A stretch of DNA of 64,000 nucleotides from Neocallimastix sp. 'constans' (lineage: Eukaryota), in assembly GCA_050613775.1 (NCBI GenBank), contig JBODTK010000001.1, positions 1 to 64,000 on the forward strand, read 5' to 3'. The notes below the pieces were generated by a model that was given only the letters and a program-made list of their open reading frames with translations, was not told the DNA's origin and did not search any database. Shown piece after piece: positions 1 to 13,319 of this stretch (the first letter of the stretch is position 1; each line of letters opens with the position of its first letter). Made by a program: the position numbers and the translations under genes.

Positions 1-239
1 GTTTTTATATATAAAAAGAAAAATAATAATAAAATGTAATTTAGTGGCAAGAACAACTTTTATGCCTTGAAAAAAAATATAAATAGTTGTAAATTTTGCT
101 ACTAATTTTTAAAATATCATCAAATAAAATCAAATAAATTTATAAATAAAAATAATAAATAAATAAATAAAATTTGTGTTTCCTTACTTTATTTTTATTT
201 AATTCTCTAAAACCTTAACACTCAGTTAGTAAAATTAGA

Positions 240-305
240 ACCTTGGTTCAATGGTTAGTTACATTGACCATGACCAATACTTCATGGGTTCGACTCACAC
301 CTCAA
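240..305 (+). pseudogene. Degenerate tRNA-like sequence (tRNA pseudogene or SINE head)
   Basis: A-box-like TGGTTCAATGG (244-254) and B-box GGTTCGACTC (287-296) at tRNA spacing, with an ATTG/CAAT stem between them. The acceptor and T stems do not pair properly. Confidence 0.4.
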
Positions 306-1080
306 CTCATTTTGCATAAATAATTATTTTATTAATTATTTTATTAATTATTAATAATATCTTCTTGAATATTCTTTCTGTACAAATTATAGAAAGTTAA
401 AGAATATTTCGGTTCGTAATTCAACCGAAATGAATTTAGAAATTCTTATTATATAAATTATTTTATTCTTTTTTGATAAGATTCATTTTCATCAATTAAA
501 ATCTATATTCTAGAAACTTTACATTATTAGTTATTACAAACATATTTCTAAATATTTCTTTAAAATTATTTTACATGTTAAAACTGTTTTTCCGTTAAAA
601 GTATAAATAGTGCGAATTTCACGAATGAAAATATTTTTCTTCGTGCTTTTATTAATAATAATTAACGTATAAGTAATTCGAAATATTACCTTGTTGATTA
701 ATATTAATAATTATTTTAAATTTTATAATTAATAAAAAATATTTCTAATAAAACGAATTATTTATACAGATAGTGTAAACCTATTGAGTTTTCTCCTTTC
801 TGTGTTTCTATACCACGTCCCGCCGTTACAATAGAAGCACCTCCGTTACAATATATATATCAACAATATGGTTTTTATGACAAAATATATGCAAAAATGC
901 TATGGTTTTAAAACCCAGAAAAAACACAAAGAATCAGTTACACAATGCTGCTCAAGGAGACAAGCGAGAAAATCGAACACGGAACTCATTGGAGCTGCAT
1001 AGATTTGTCGAGATTAGTCGGGTGTGAGCGAATGTAATAAACAAACAATTAAAAAAAAAATAAAAATAAAAAAACAAGTA

Positions 1081-2460
1081 TTTGTGTCAACAAGATGGGT
1101 ACTAAAATATAAAAGAGATGCCAACAGTAAAATTGTGAAGCTAAAGGTTATAAACAAGTTTACGGTATAGAATACAAAAATACATTTTCACCAACACTCA
1201 AACAGGATACACTTAAAACAATTATAGCAATTGCAGTACAAAATAAATTTGATATTCATCAAATGGATATCAAAGCTGCATATTTGAACGCTAGATTAGA
1301 AGAGGACATATATATGAATATACCAGAAGGAATGAATCAAAAAGGGTATTGTAAATTGAACAAAGTATTATACGGTCTTAAACAATCTGACAGAATGTGG
1401 AACGAAACATTAAATAAGGTATTGTTAAAATTAAATTTTAAAAGATTCTTAATTGATCCTTGTGTATATATCAAGAAAGATGAAAATAATAATATTAAGT
1501 GTTTATTAGCAGTTTATGTAGATTATATAATTGTAGCTGGTACTTCAGAAGAAGTAAATAGTAAAACAAAATCTTTAATAAAAGAAAATTTTGAAGCAAC
1601 TGGTGTAGGTGAAGTTGATTATATTATAGGTATAAAATTTGTTAAATATAAAGATGGTTATTTTATACACCAAAAGAAATATTTAGAAGATATATTAAAA
1701 AAATTTGAAATAAACAAATATAAACCTACTTCGAACATGATTCCAATCGAAAATAATATATTAAAATCAAAGAAATTTAATCCAACAAAATACAAACAAG
1801 CTAATGGATCCTTATTATACTTAGCTATAAGTACAAGACCTGACATCCTATTTTCAGTAGGTAGAGCTTCAAGAAAATCTAAAGATCCCAGTTATGAAGA
1901 TTGGTATAATGTAATAAAAATATTTAGATATCTAAAAGGTAAGCCTGATTATGGAATTAAATTTAAATATAATAATAAACTCGAGTTTAAGGTCTACGTA
2001 AATGCAGATTTAGGTGGTGATAAAGATACTAGAAGATCTACTACAGGATTCTTGATGTTAATAAATTCAGCTCCAACAAGTTGGTATTCTAAACTCCAAC
2101 ATTGTGTTTCCGTTTCTATTGCAGAAAGCGAATATTATGGTATACATGAATGTGCAAGACATTGTCTTTGGTACAGAAACATTTTTAAAGAACTTGGATT
2201 AAATAATAATAGTATAACAATAAATACTGACAATAAAGCCGCTATTTATAACTGCGAAAACGAAACAATTAATTCGAAGTCTAAGCATATCGATTTGAGA
2301 TATCATAGCATAAGGTAGTTAATAAAAGAAAAATATATAAACTTAAGATATGTTAAATCCGAATATAATTTATCAGACGGATTTACAAAGTATTTAAATA
2401 CTACTTTGATGAATAAATTCAGAGAAAACATTCTCACTAGTTTAAGGATCTTAAACTTTA
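1081..2460 (+). mobile_element. Ty1/copia retrotransposon pol fragment (RT + RNase H), inactivated
   Basis: STRWVLKYKRD upstream of the ORF. ORF 1263-2318 has MDIKAAYLN, LYGLKQS, LAVYVDY (catalytic YVDD altered), TRPDI, YVNADLGGD, RRSTTG and SKHIDLRYH. After a premature TAG at 2316-2318 the frame continues as ..NLSDGFTK. Confidence 0.93.
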
Positions 2461-2563
2461 GGTGTTAGAAATAAAGTTTAATATCTTAAATAATGAATAA
2501 TAATTTGGTATATTTAACTTAGATTAGTATATTTATTTATATTTAATTAAAAATTAAATATGT

Positions 2564-2920
2564 GGGGAGTGTGCATTTCGAAAATTTTTATTCCAAAAAT
2601 TTGTATTTTGTTGTATGGCTTAAATATTTTTAATTTTAAGCCACTTAATTTTATTAAAAATTTAATGAATAATAATTAATTAATTAAATAAATAAAATTA
2701 CAATTCTCAAAAATTTTCAAACACGTAATCTTACGTGGGGCGTATATCTAATTGTATCATAATTTTGTGGCTTTTTTCTACAATTTTTAAAAAGCCATAT
2801 ATTTACAATATGGCGTGAATAATAAATGTGGTGATATTTTATGACGAAAATTTATAAGCCACCAAGAATTTGGCGAAATTCAACTGGACGAAATTCAACT
2901 TTTGGCGAAATACAACACTT
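2564..2920. repeat. Probable MULE terminal/subterminal region with repeated GGCGAAAT(T)CAAC and GTGGC/GCCAC motifs
   Basis: Begins GGGAGTGTGCATTTCG. Three (G)GCGAAAT..CAAC-like copies at about 2872-2915, the last roughly inverted relative to the start. Lies upstream of the MULE ORF; a related terminus occurs at 63694. Confidence 0.45.
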
Positions 2921-3399
2921 CAATAAATAATAATTAGGTTAGGTATTTCTATTTAACATTGAAAAATAAAATAAAAAATAAATAAACATTTTATTTTTTA
3001 ATGCTTAAAAAATAAAATAAAAATAAGAAATAAGAAAACTTTTTTTTAAACATTAAAAAATAAAATAAAAATAAGAAATAAGAAAACTTTTTTTTAAACA
3101 TTAAAAAATAAAATAAAAATAAGAAATAAAAAAACTTTTTTTAAACATTAAAAAATAAAATAAAAATAAAAAAAATAAAATAAAATAAAAAATAAAAAAT
3201 AAAAATAAAAATTAATAAATAAAATAGTAAATAAAGAAATAATAAATAATTAATAATTAAATAATTATTTAAATAATTATATAATTAATTAAAAAAAGGT
3301 TTATTATTTTAAATATTAAAAAAAAAAAAAAGTTTCAAAGCATTTAAAAAAAAAAAAGTATATTTATTAAAATATTTTATTGAAAAATTTTAATTATTA

Positions 3400-4835
3400 A
3401 TGGAAGACAATATAGAAATTGTAATAAGTGAAACAAATCGAGGAAATGAACAAATTATTATTAATAAAAAATACAAATTTAATTTTTCATTTCAAAGGAA
3501 AGATAAATCAAAAATTTATTGATGCACTGAATATAAGACTTTAAATAAATGTAAATCTTTAATTATTTTAAATGATAAAAAGGAGGTTTTAAAATATGAA
3601 AGTTTACATAACCATCTCGAAAAAAAAATTGATGTGTCTATATCAGTATCAAAGCATAAAATTAAGGAAGAAATTAAGAAAAATTCAATTCCTATGGATA
3701 TAAAACCTAAACATATATTTAATGCCGTTTCTCAAGAAATGGGACTTATATGTCCCGAATATAGTACAATTAGATCCCAAATAATAAGAAATATAAATAA
3801 ACAATTTCTTCCAAACATAAAAAGTTTTGATGATATTCCCATTGAATCAGAATATTATAAAACTAAAAGAAATGAAAATTTTATGATATTTAAAAATACT
3901 GATCTAATAATCTTTCAATCACCATTCCAAGCATATTTATTTTCGAATTATCATAAAAATATATTTGCGGATGGTACATTTTATGCAGCACCGAAATTTA
4001 GTTATCAGTTATTTATAACAAGAACTTATGTTGGGGAATTTAATATGTTTTACACTACTTCCATTTCTATATTAAAAAATAAAAAACAATCTACATATGA
4101 AACATTATTTAAAGAAATAAAAAAAAATGCAAATAAATTTAGGAGTAATACATTAATTTCTACAATTAATTTTCATTGTGATTTTGAACAAGGTATATCT
4201 AATGCCGCAAAAAAAGTTTTTCCCAATATAAATATTAAATATTGTGTTTGGCATTACAAAAGTTCATTAGAAAAACAAAAAAATATATTATGTTATCATG
4301 AAGTGAAGAATAATAATGATGTATATATTTATTATATACCTATTTCGAACTTACCATTTATAAACCCTAACTATATATTTGATATTTATATTATAATAAA
4401 AAGAATTTGTCAAAAAAAAAGTATAATAATTTTCTGCAATTTTTAGAATATTTTAATAAAAATTATTTACTTAAGTATAATGTTAATAATTGGAATTATT
4501 ATGAAAATATAGAGCATTTAACAAACAATTCATCAGAATCTTATAATAGCTACTTAAATAATATATTTCCAAATAAACCTTTATTTTATAAATTAATATA
4601 TATATTAAAAGAAGAAGAAAACTTATCTTATAATGATTATCAAAGGAGAACTTAAGGAAATTGGAAAAAAAAGCAAAAAATATTTAGTGCAACTGATGAA
4701 ATTAAAATTTTAATTGAAAATTACAAAAGTAAGGAAATAAATTTATTTTATAATGGATACAACAGAAATGAATTAGTTAAATTATGGGAAGAATGTTTAA
4801 TTGATTTAAACGATATAAATATTAATTTAAAATAA
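3400..4835 (+). pseudogene. MULE/Mutator-family DDE transposase pseudogene with N-terminal FLYWCH-like Zn finger
   Basis: ATG 3400 MEDNIEIVISETNRG..Y*C..C..HNH. Catalytic motifs FADGTF, HCDFE, CVWH and TNNSSESYN. Disrupted by TGA 3520-3522, a frameshift in poly-A near 4412-4421 and TAA 4653-4655; the frame ends at TAA 4833-4835. Confidence 0.88.
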
Positions 4836-6674
4836 ATAATCTTAATTTAAAAAAATGCTAGAAAAATAAAAATTTATTTATTTTAAATTTATATTTATAA
4901 CTGTTTAAATAATAATTAAATAATTTTAATTTATAAAAATGCTAGAAAAATACAAATTTATTTACCTATTGAGTTTATTTAATAATCTTAATAGAAATTA
5001 TCTTTTAGTTATTTTTATTAAGTAATTTATAACTAAAACCGATTTATTTGATACTAGTTAAAATTTTATTAATATTAATATCAATATTATATAATTATAA
5101 ATTTTATTAATATCAATATATATAATTATAAATTTTATTAATATCAATATCAATATTATATTATTATAAATTTTATTAAATATGTATGTTATGTAAATGT
5201 ATGAGGCGCATGCCTGATATACATCAGAGTTTTACTTGTATTAACATAATGTAAATGATTATAATCTGATAAAGTAACCTTTGGGTTCAGGTTCTCTTGT
5301 TGGGAGAAGTTTAAAGTTGTTATTTAATTATAAATTTTTATTTATTTATTATTTAAAAATAATAGTAAAATTAATTAATACATGAATTTAATTATTATCT
5401 TGAAAATATAAAGAATTATAAAATAAATTTTGGCATAAAACTGTGCAAAGAATAATTAAAAAGAATTATTCTTGTTTTTGTATTTGTAATTCATAATAAA
5501 CTATTTAATTAATTAATTCTCTTAGAGTAACTATTAAGTATTTAAAGTATTTAATATAAAAGTATAAAATAAAATATAAAATATTAAAATAAAATATTCA
5601 TAAAATAATAAAAATATAAAATTATTATAATTAATCAAATATAAAATATTAATATAAAATAATAATTATTAAAAATAATTAAAAATATAATAAAATAAAA
5701 TATTAAATATAAAAATAATAAAAATAATAAGAAATTTATAAATTATTTTCAATTTTAACATAACATAAAATTTATGTAATAAATTTTATGTTTACATTAA
5801 TTTTTATGTTCTTTCATAATTTTATGTCTTTACATAATTTTAATTTTATCACGTTATTTTCGATCACGTTTTATTTATGTCACGAATTTGCAAATGATTT
5901 ATTAATTTATTTTTATGTAATTATTAATAAAATAATTTATTAATAATTAAGGTTTTTATTTACGTTTTATATCAAATCATATATTAATTAAAATTAATAA
6001 TAATCTTTAACAAAAATAATAATAATTATATATATAATTAATAAAGTGTTCATTCTAAAATTAAAAACATAAATTCTTAATATATTTTTTTAAAACAAAT
6101 GATTAAATTAAATTCATAGATTAGAATATATTGAAAGATTTGGCGCAATTGTTAATTTAGAATGTTCTATTATTTTATTAATGAAAAAAAGTCAAACAAT
6201 TTATTATGATTAATATTATTATCATATGTCAAAGTTTCTTAACATAATAATTATGAATTTTTTTTTTTTTTTCATATATAAATAAAAAGTTTTTCCTTTT
6301 TTTTAAATCCAAAAAAAAAAAAAAAAAAGGATTTCAAAAATTGAAATCTTATAGTAAATCAACGTTTTTTTTATTTTTATTTTTATTTTTTTTATTAATT
6401 ATTAATTATTAATTATTAATATAATTAATATAATTATATATGAAAAGTTTATTATACTTTTTATATCATATTAATATAATTAAAAAAGAAAAAAAAAAAA
6501 AAATAAATAAAAAGAAATTATATATATATAAAAGAATACCATAAGAAATTAAATTTTAAAAAACATATTTTTTTTGTTATTGAAGAAAAAATAAAGTAAA
6601 ATAAAAGTAAAAATAAAATAAAAAAAAAATTATTTAAGTTAAATTCTATAATAAAATAAAATATAATAAAAAGA

Positions 6675-9600
6675 ATGGCATTTAAAGATCAATTCAAAAT
6701 AATATTATGGAAAAATTGGAAGGTCTTCAGACAAAGATCTTCATTATTCTCAGTTGGATTTGAACTTTTTTTCACTTTTTTAATCATTGCAACTTTATGT
6801 AAGAAATTAATATTATATTAAAAAAAAATAAATATATAATAAAAATAATATATTTGATATAAAATATATAATATATATATATTAATATTTATACTTTATT
6901 ATTATTATTTATTTTTTTATTTTAATATTTTTTTTTTATTTTTATTTTTATAATATTTATAATATTTAATAATATATTTATTTTTTACATATATTTATGC
7001 ATACTCTTTTTCTTATAACAATAATAAAAATGTTTTTTAAATTATAAATTAATTATAAAAAAATTTTTTTAAATTGTTGTAATTTAAAAAGCTATTCGTA
7101 GTAGAATTGAATTAGATTTTGAACCAACAGATGGAAAGGAAGCTGTAGATATTAGCCCTGGTTTTGCTTTAATTAATGATGATAGCTATGTTATTCCTAA
7201 AATAGGTTTTGTTTTACCAAAGAATCAAAACCACTTAAACAGTACTATTAATGGAGATGATTTTATTAAATCAGTCATGAATGATCCAAGTATTAAACTT
7301 GCTACTCATGTTCAATCCCAAAAATTTGAAACTGAACAACAATTATTGGATTTTGTTAAAGATGATAGGGAAAGCCAACTACTTTGTGGTGTTGTTTTTG
7401 GTGATGATTATACTGATTATACTATTAGAATTAGTGGTATTAAAATTACCGATTCTAATTTAGAACCTATTAGTGATTTTTCTAGAACTAGATTTTCTGA
7501 AATGATTAATATTGCCAGATTTCTGTCTAAGCCTAAATTTATATATACTGATAAAACTGAAACTGATAAATATAATAATATTTTCATTTATATACAAAAG
7601 GCTATTGATAGTGCCATCATTCAATTGAAAACTGGTGGTTCTGTTAAAGGTTATACTACTAAAATTGGTAAATTGAGTGAACCAGCAATCCACTATAATT
7701 CAAAGATAAATGAACCTTCAGAACAAAAATTTGATGGTATTGGTCCTTACCTTATGTTCATTATTATCGGTCAAATTTTCCATATAAGTAATCGTATAAT
7801 GGAAGAAAAAGAAAATAAAATAAAAGAAGGTCTTGTAGCCGTTGGAGCTAATCCTTACATTTTATTTTTCGCTTGGGAAATCATCTACTTCCCATTCTCT
7901 TTGTTTCTTATGGTTATGATTTACATTTTTGATCCAAGTAATATTTTTGGATCGTTGAACCCTATCCTCTATGTCCTTCTTTTACTCTTCTACATTATCT
8001 CTATGTATAGTATTGTAGTAATTATTACTAATTTAGTGAAAAAATATAGAACTGTCTTGGTCATGATTTGTTTATTCGTGTCTTGTATGCTTACTCTCTC
8101 TGAAATGGTCTACAACTTAAAGTTAAGTGGTAATGTGAAGATTCATCGTATTCTCTGTGCCATTTTCCCATTCTTTAGTTTAGGTATGGCTGGTGCCGAA
8201 GTAGGACATGAAGATGATCATGGTCGTTTCATTGGTTTTGGTACCATGTTTGATTCTGATTTTGGTATTAATTTCGTTTTCCTTTTCGTGGATGCTGTTG
8301 TTTACTTCTTATTAGCTATCTTATTTGAATACCTACATGGTATCGATTTCAGAAGTTTTGGAGTCAGTAAATCAGAAATGAAAAAGGAATTAGTGGATAA
8401 CGAATATGCTAAAGATATTCAAGAAGATCCCGTCGGTTCGGAATGTTTTGTGGAAGTAAAGAATATCTATAAATTCTTTAAATTTAGAAGAAATATTGGT
8501 ACGGATAATGATGATAATGATAAGAAATTAGGTAAAGTCTTTGCGGCCAATAGAAATATTAGCTTTAAAGTATATAAAGATGAAATCTTTGGTATTTTAG
8601 GTCATAATGGTGCTGGTAAGAGTACTTTGATTCAAAATATGGTTGGTATTATTCGTCCAGATGGAGGTGAAACCATCTATCGTGGTTTACCTCTTTCCAA
8701 GAATAAGAAGGAGATTCATCGTCAACTCGGTATCTGTCTTCAAAATAATGTTATTATTGAAGGTTTCACCGTTGCCGATCACTACAAACTTTATTCTGGT
8801 ATTAAGGGAGTGAGTAACACGGAAGAAGATTTACAAAGTTGGCTTCGTAAAATTGATTTAGTCGAAAAGAGAGATTATGAAGTTGAAAAAATGAGTGGAG
8901 GTCAAAAAAGAAAATTATGTATTGGTTTAGCGCTCATTGGTAATCCCAAATTCGTCTTCTTGGATGAACCAACCACCGGTTTAGATCCTCTTTCTCGTCG
9001 TAAGATTTGGAATTTATTATTGAAATTGAAGAAAGATCGTGTTATCTTCATTACTACTCACTATATGGATGAAGCAGATATCATTGCTGATCGTAAATTA
9101 ATTTTAAATCGTGGATCTATTCGTTGTTTAGGTAGCAGTGTCTACTTAAAGAGTCACTTCCATATGAAATATAGTTTAGAAGTAGAAACTACTTCTCCAG
9201 ATGAAGTTGGTCAATTAATTAAACAACACATTCCAGAAGCTGAATATTATAATAATAAAACAGAATTAGTGGATGATCAATCCATCGATTCAAATATTAA
9301 TATCAATATCAATATCAATTCTGATTCCGCTTCTACTTCTACTTCCAATACCAATATTAATACCAATAGCAATACCAATTCAAAATCAAATTCAAATACT
9401 TATACTTGGAAATTACCTGTTCAATCCTCTCCATTTTTCTCAAATCTTCTTAAAGATTTAGAAAATGAAAGAGGTAAGCGTTTAAATAATTTCTCACTTA
9501 ATGCTCCACTTTTAGAAGAATTATTTGTTAGTTTAGAAAGACAAATGGAAAAGAAGAGAAATGGTGAAGAAGTGAGGGTGAAAGCTAAGGATTTACCAAA

Positions 9601-12193
9601 GACTCAAAATGTAAAGAGACCAGGTATGTTAAATACGGCTTTACGTCTTTGTCGTTACCGTCTTAAAGCTTATTTGAGACAAAAAACATATTTATTCATG
9701 GGTATTGTCGTTCCAATTGGAGCTATTTCTTTCTTTGTTCCTGTTCTTAAAGAAAAACTTGATAAGTATACTTTTTCCAACTATGGAAGTCTTGAACTCT
9801 CTTCCTCAAAACTTTTCCCAAGTCAACAATGGAATTATGATTTCGATTTTGGTGGAAATAATAGTAGTAGTATCAGTAAAGAAATTATGACTCAAGAATT
9901 CCAAGGTGGTAAGTTGAATTTCTTAAATAAACAAGAGATGATTAAACAAGGTAAAACTATCTCCACTTCCCCCTATTTTGTTTCTAGTTTCTCTAGCGGA
10001 TTCAGTGATGGTCTTTACAACTTTGATATCTACTACAATGATTCAATGGTTCATTCTCTTCCAGTTACTTTAAATACTTTAAGTAATGCCATTTTAGCTT
10101 CAAATCAAATTAACGATACTATCCGTACTTATTCTCAACCCCTAGGATACTTCAATCCAAAGATAATTAGTGAAGCCAAGCTTTATTCCACTTTAGTTTT
10201 TACCTTCTGTATTGCTTTCCCTCTCTCCTTCTATGGTATGAATGCTGTCAGAGAAAGAGTTCAAAAACTTTTGAAGCAACTTCAATTAAACGGTATTTCT
10301 AACAAGAGCTACTGGTTCTCTGTTTTAATTTCTGATCATCTTGTATTTATGGTCACTTGCGTTTTGATCATTGGTGCCATTATAGTGTTCCGGTTTAACC
10401 CATTATTCTATGTTAGTACTCTATCTCTTCTAGCTGTATTTATCATTATTAGTGGTGTGGCTTGTCTTCTCTTCCAATACTGTCTCAGTTTTGTCTTTAA
10501 GAGCGATGCCAATGCCTTCATTATATTCTTTGTCTTCAATGTCGTTCCCACCTTCGCTATTCTCATTAAAACTTTTAATGAAGGTATTATTGCTGATGAA
10601 GGTGGTGAAGATGTTGGAATAGTGGCTTATCTTGGTGTCCTTATTGTCTTTTTAACCGCTATCTTCCCTAACTATGGTATTTCAAGAACCGTAAGAACCA
10701 TGATTAACGCTGGTATTGAACATGAATCCATCAATACCAGTATTGGTATTTTTAGTCTTCTCTCTATGAAAAATCAAATATTTACCTGTCTTCTTGGTGA
10801 AATTATCGGTATCTGCTTTTATTCCTTCATTCTGAAATTATTAACCAATAAAACATACAACCCAAAGAAAGGGTTCTTTGAAACTCCAAAGGAAATTGAT
10901 GAAAAATATACCAAGGAGTTGAAGGAAGGAGATGATGATATCTTAAAGGAATACCGTAGAGTATATAATGATGATAGAATTCCAATTCGTATGATTAAAC
11001 TAGCTCAAGAATATGATGATCTTGGCTTAATGCCACAAGAAATTGGTGATGCCCTTAAACGTGATCATGCCTCCAAGTATGGTGAATTCCATATGTCTGA
11101 TAAGGGTAGTCGTCGTATTGTGATGACCGCATTTGAAAATGTTTCCCTCGGTGTAGATAAAAGAGAATGCTTTGGTATTCTTGGTCCAAATGGTTCTGGT
11201 AAGTCTAGTTTATTAAATACAGCTTCATTCACCTTCCCACAAACCGTCGGTAATATTTACTATGATGGAAAGGATACAGTAGAAAGAAAAGGTAATGAAA
11301 TCACCCTCGGTTACTGTCCACAAGAGGATACCCTTTGGAATGAATATTCCTTATATGAACATATAGAAATGTTCCTTTACCTTCGTGGTCATTCCAAGAA
11401 GGAATCTAAGCGTATTGCGAAGGAATTCATTAACTATTGTCGTTTAACGGAACATAAGAATAAGATGCCATCCGAATTGAGTGGTGGTACTCGTCGTAAG
11501 CTTAATATTTTGATAGCACTCTGTTGTTCTTCCACTAAGATTATTATGGATGAACCTTCTGCTGGTATGGATCCTTCGACTCGTCATTACGTTTGGGATA
11601 TTATTAAGGCCACTCTTCAAACTAATGATTCCTCTACCATTATGTCTACTCACTCAATGGAAGAAGCTGAACTTTTATGTAATCGTATTGCCATTATGGT
11701 CAAGGGTAAGATTCGTTGTATTGGTACACCGGAACACTTAAAAATGAAATATGGTAATACGTATATTTTAGATGTTCATACAGGTGACATTGAAAAATTC
11801 CATAATGAAATTGTGGTGGGTAGAAAACTCTTTGGAGAGAGTGAATATGAACGTGAAGTAAAATCTTTACAACGAATTAAATATGAAGTTAGAAATAATG
11901 ATAATATTAGTCGTGTCTTTGAAATTATGGAAGATTGTAGAAAATCAGGTATATTTACCGATTATAGTTATAGTCAAACTTCTCTTGAACAAGTTTTCCT
12001 TAACTTTGCTAATAAATATGGTGAACAAGAAGAAGAAGAAAACGAAGAAGGTCATGATGGTAAAGGTAATAATGAAATTGTTAAAGTAGACGTTGATGAA
12101 TTTGGAAAACAAGGTAAAAAAGAAATAAAACCAAATCAACAAAATGAAGAAGAAATAACCGATGAAGCTACTAGAATTGAAATAGTTGAATAA
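6675..12193 (+). CDS. ABCA-subfamily full-size ABC transporter, copy 1; join(6675..6798,7092..12193), about 1741 aa
   Basis: Exon 1 MAFKDQFKIILWKNWKVFRQ matches the ABCA N-terminal Q..LLWKN motif. A GT..AG intron joins it in frame to ORF 7277-12193. Two NBDs (GHNGAGKST/MSGGQKRKL/LDEPTTGLD and GPNGSGKSS/LSGGTRRKL/MDEPSAGMD), two TMDs and the C-terminal QTSLEQVF. Confidence 0.95.
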
Positions 12194-12879
12194 AAGAAAA
12201 ATTAAAAAAAATTAAAAATAAAAAAAATTTAGATAATTTAAAAAGTTAATTTAAAAGAAAAGAATAATAATAATAAAATTATTATTATTATTATTATTAT
12301 TAAAAAATATAAAATAAAATAAAATTAAGAAACAAAAAAAAAAAAAAAAAAAAAAAAAAAAGTGAAAATAATATTAATCCTAATTTTAATAGGAATAATA
12401 AAATATAGTTAATAATATAATATTTTTATTAAATATTACAAAATATAGAATTTATATTTTGTTAGAGATATAAAAATCTATTAGTAAAATCAAAAAATAA
12501 AATAAAATACAACAAATTTTTTTTATTATATTAAATTTGTTATTTTATTTTATTTTATTTTTTAAAAATTAATAAAAAATACATAACTATAATAATAATA
12601 ATTAATATAATAGTAATAAATATCATATTATTTTAAAAATATTTTTATTTTTTTTTTTTTATTCAAAAAAAAAAAAAAAAAAAATAAAAAATGAAATCTT
12701 TCCATATCCTAATTACTAATAATAATAATTAATAATTAAAAAAAAAAAAAATAGTTAAAAAGTTAATAAATAAATAAAAATATATTTTTATATATTTATT
12801 AAAAGTAAATAATTATGTTCTTTTTCTTCTTATTATTGTTGTTTGCGCATTAATTTATTTTTTATTTTATTTTTATTTT

Positions 12880-13100
12880 ATATTATTTTATTTAATTCAA
12901 TCTGTACTTTAATAATATTTATATTCGACTATTTATATTATTTTATTTTATTCAATCTGTACTTTAATAATATTTATATTCGACTATTTATATTATTTTA
13001 TTTTATTCAATCTGTACTTTAATAATATTTATATTCGACTATTTATATTATTTTATTTTATTCAATTTGTACTTTAATAATATTTATATTAGACAATTTA
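12880..13100. repeat. Tandem minisatellite, 55-bp unit, 4 copies
   Basis: TTCAAT(C/T)TGTACTTTAATAATATTTATATT recurs at 12896, 12951, 13006 and 13061. Confidence 0.9.
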
Positions 13101-13177
13101 TTAAAAATTTATATATATATATATATATTTTTTTTTTCTATTATTATCTTATATTTTTTATATGAATTTGTTGTTTT

Positions 13178-13208
<31 letters not shown>

Positions 13209-13319
13209 TTTTACTTTATTTTATTTTTATTTATTATTATATAAATTTTGATTTGTTTGAAAATTAAAATAATAAATAATTGAATAATAAATAATTGAAT
13301 AACAAATAAGAGAGAAAAT

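Noticed and set aside
12880..13100. CRISPR-like array
   Set aside because: The units are contiguous near-identical 55-mers with no unique spacers, in a eukaryotic context.
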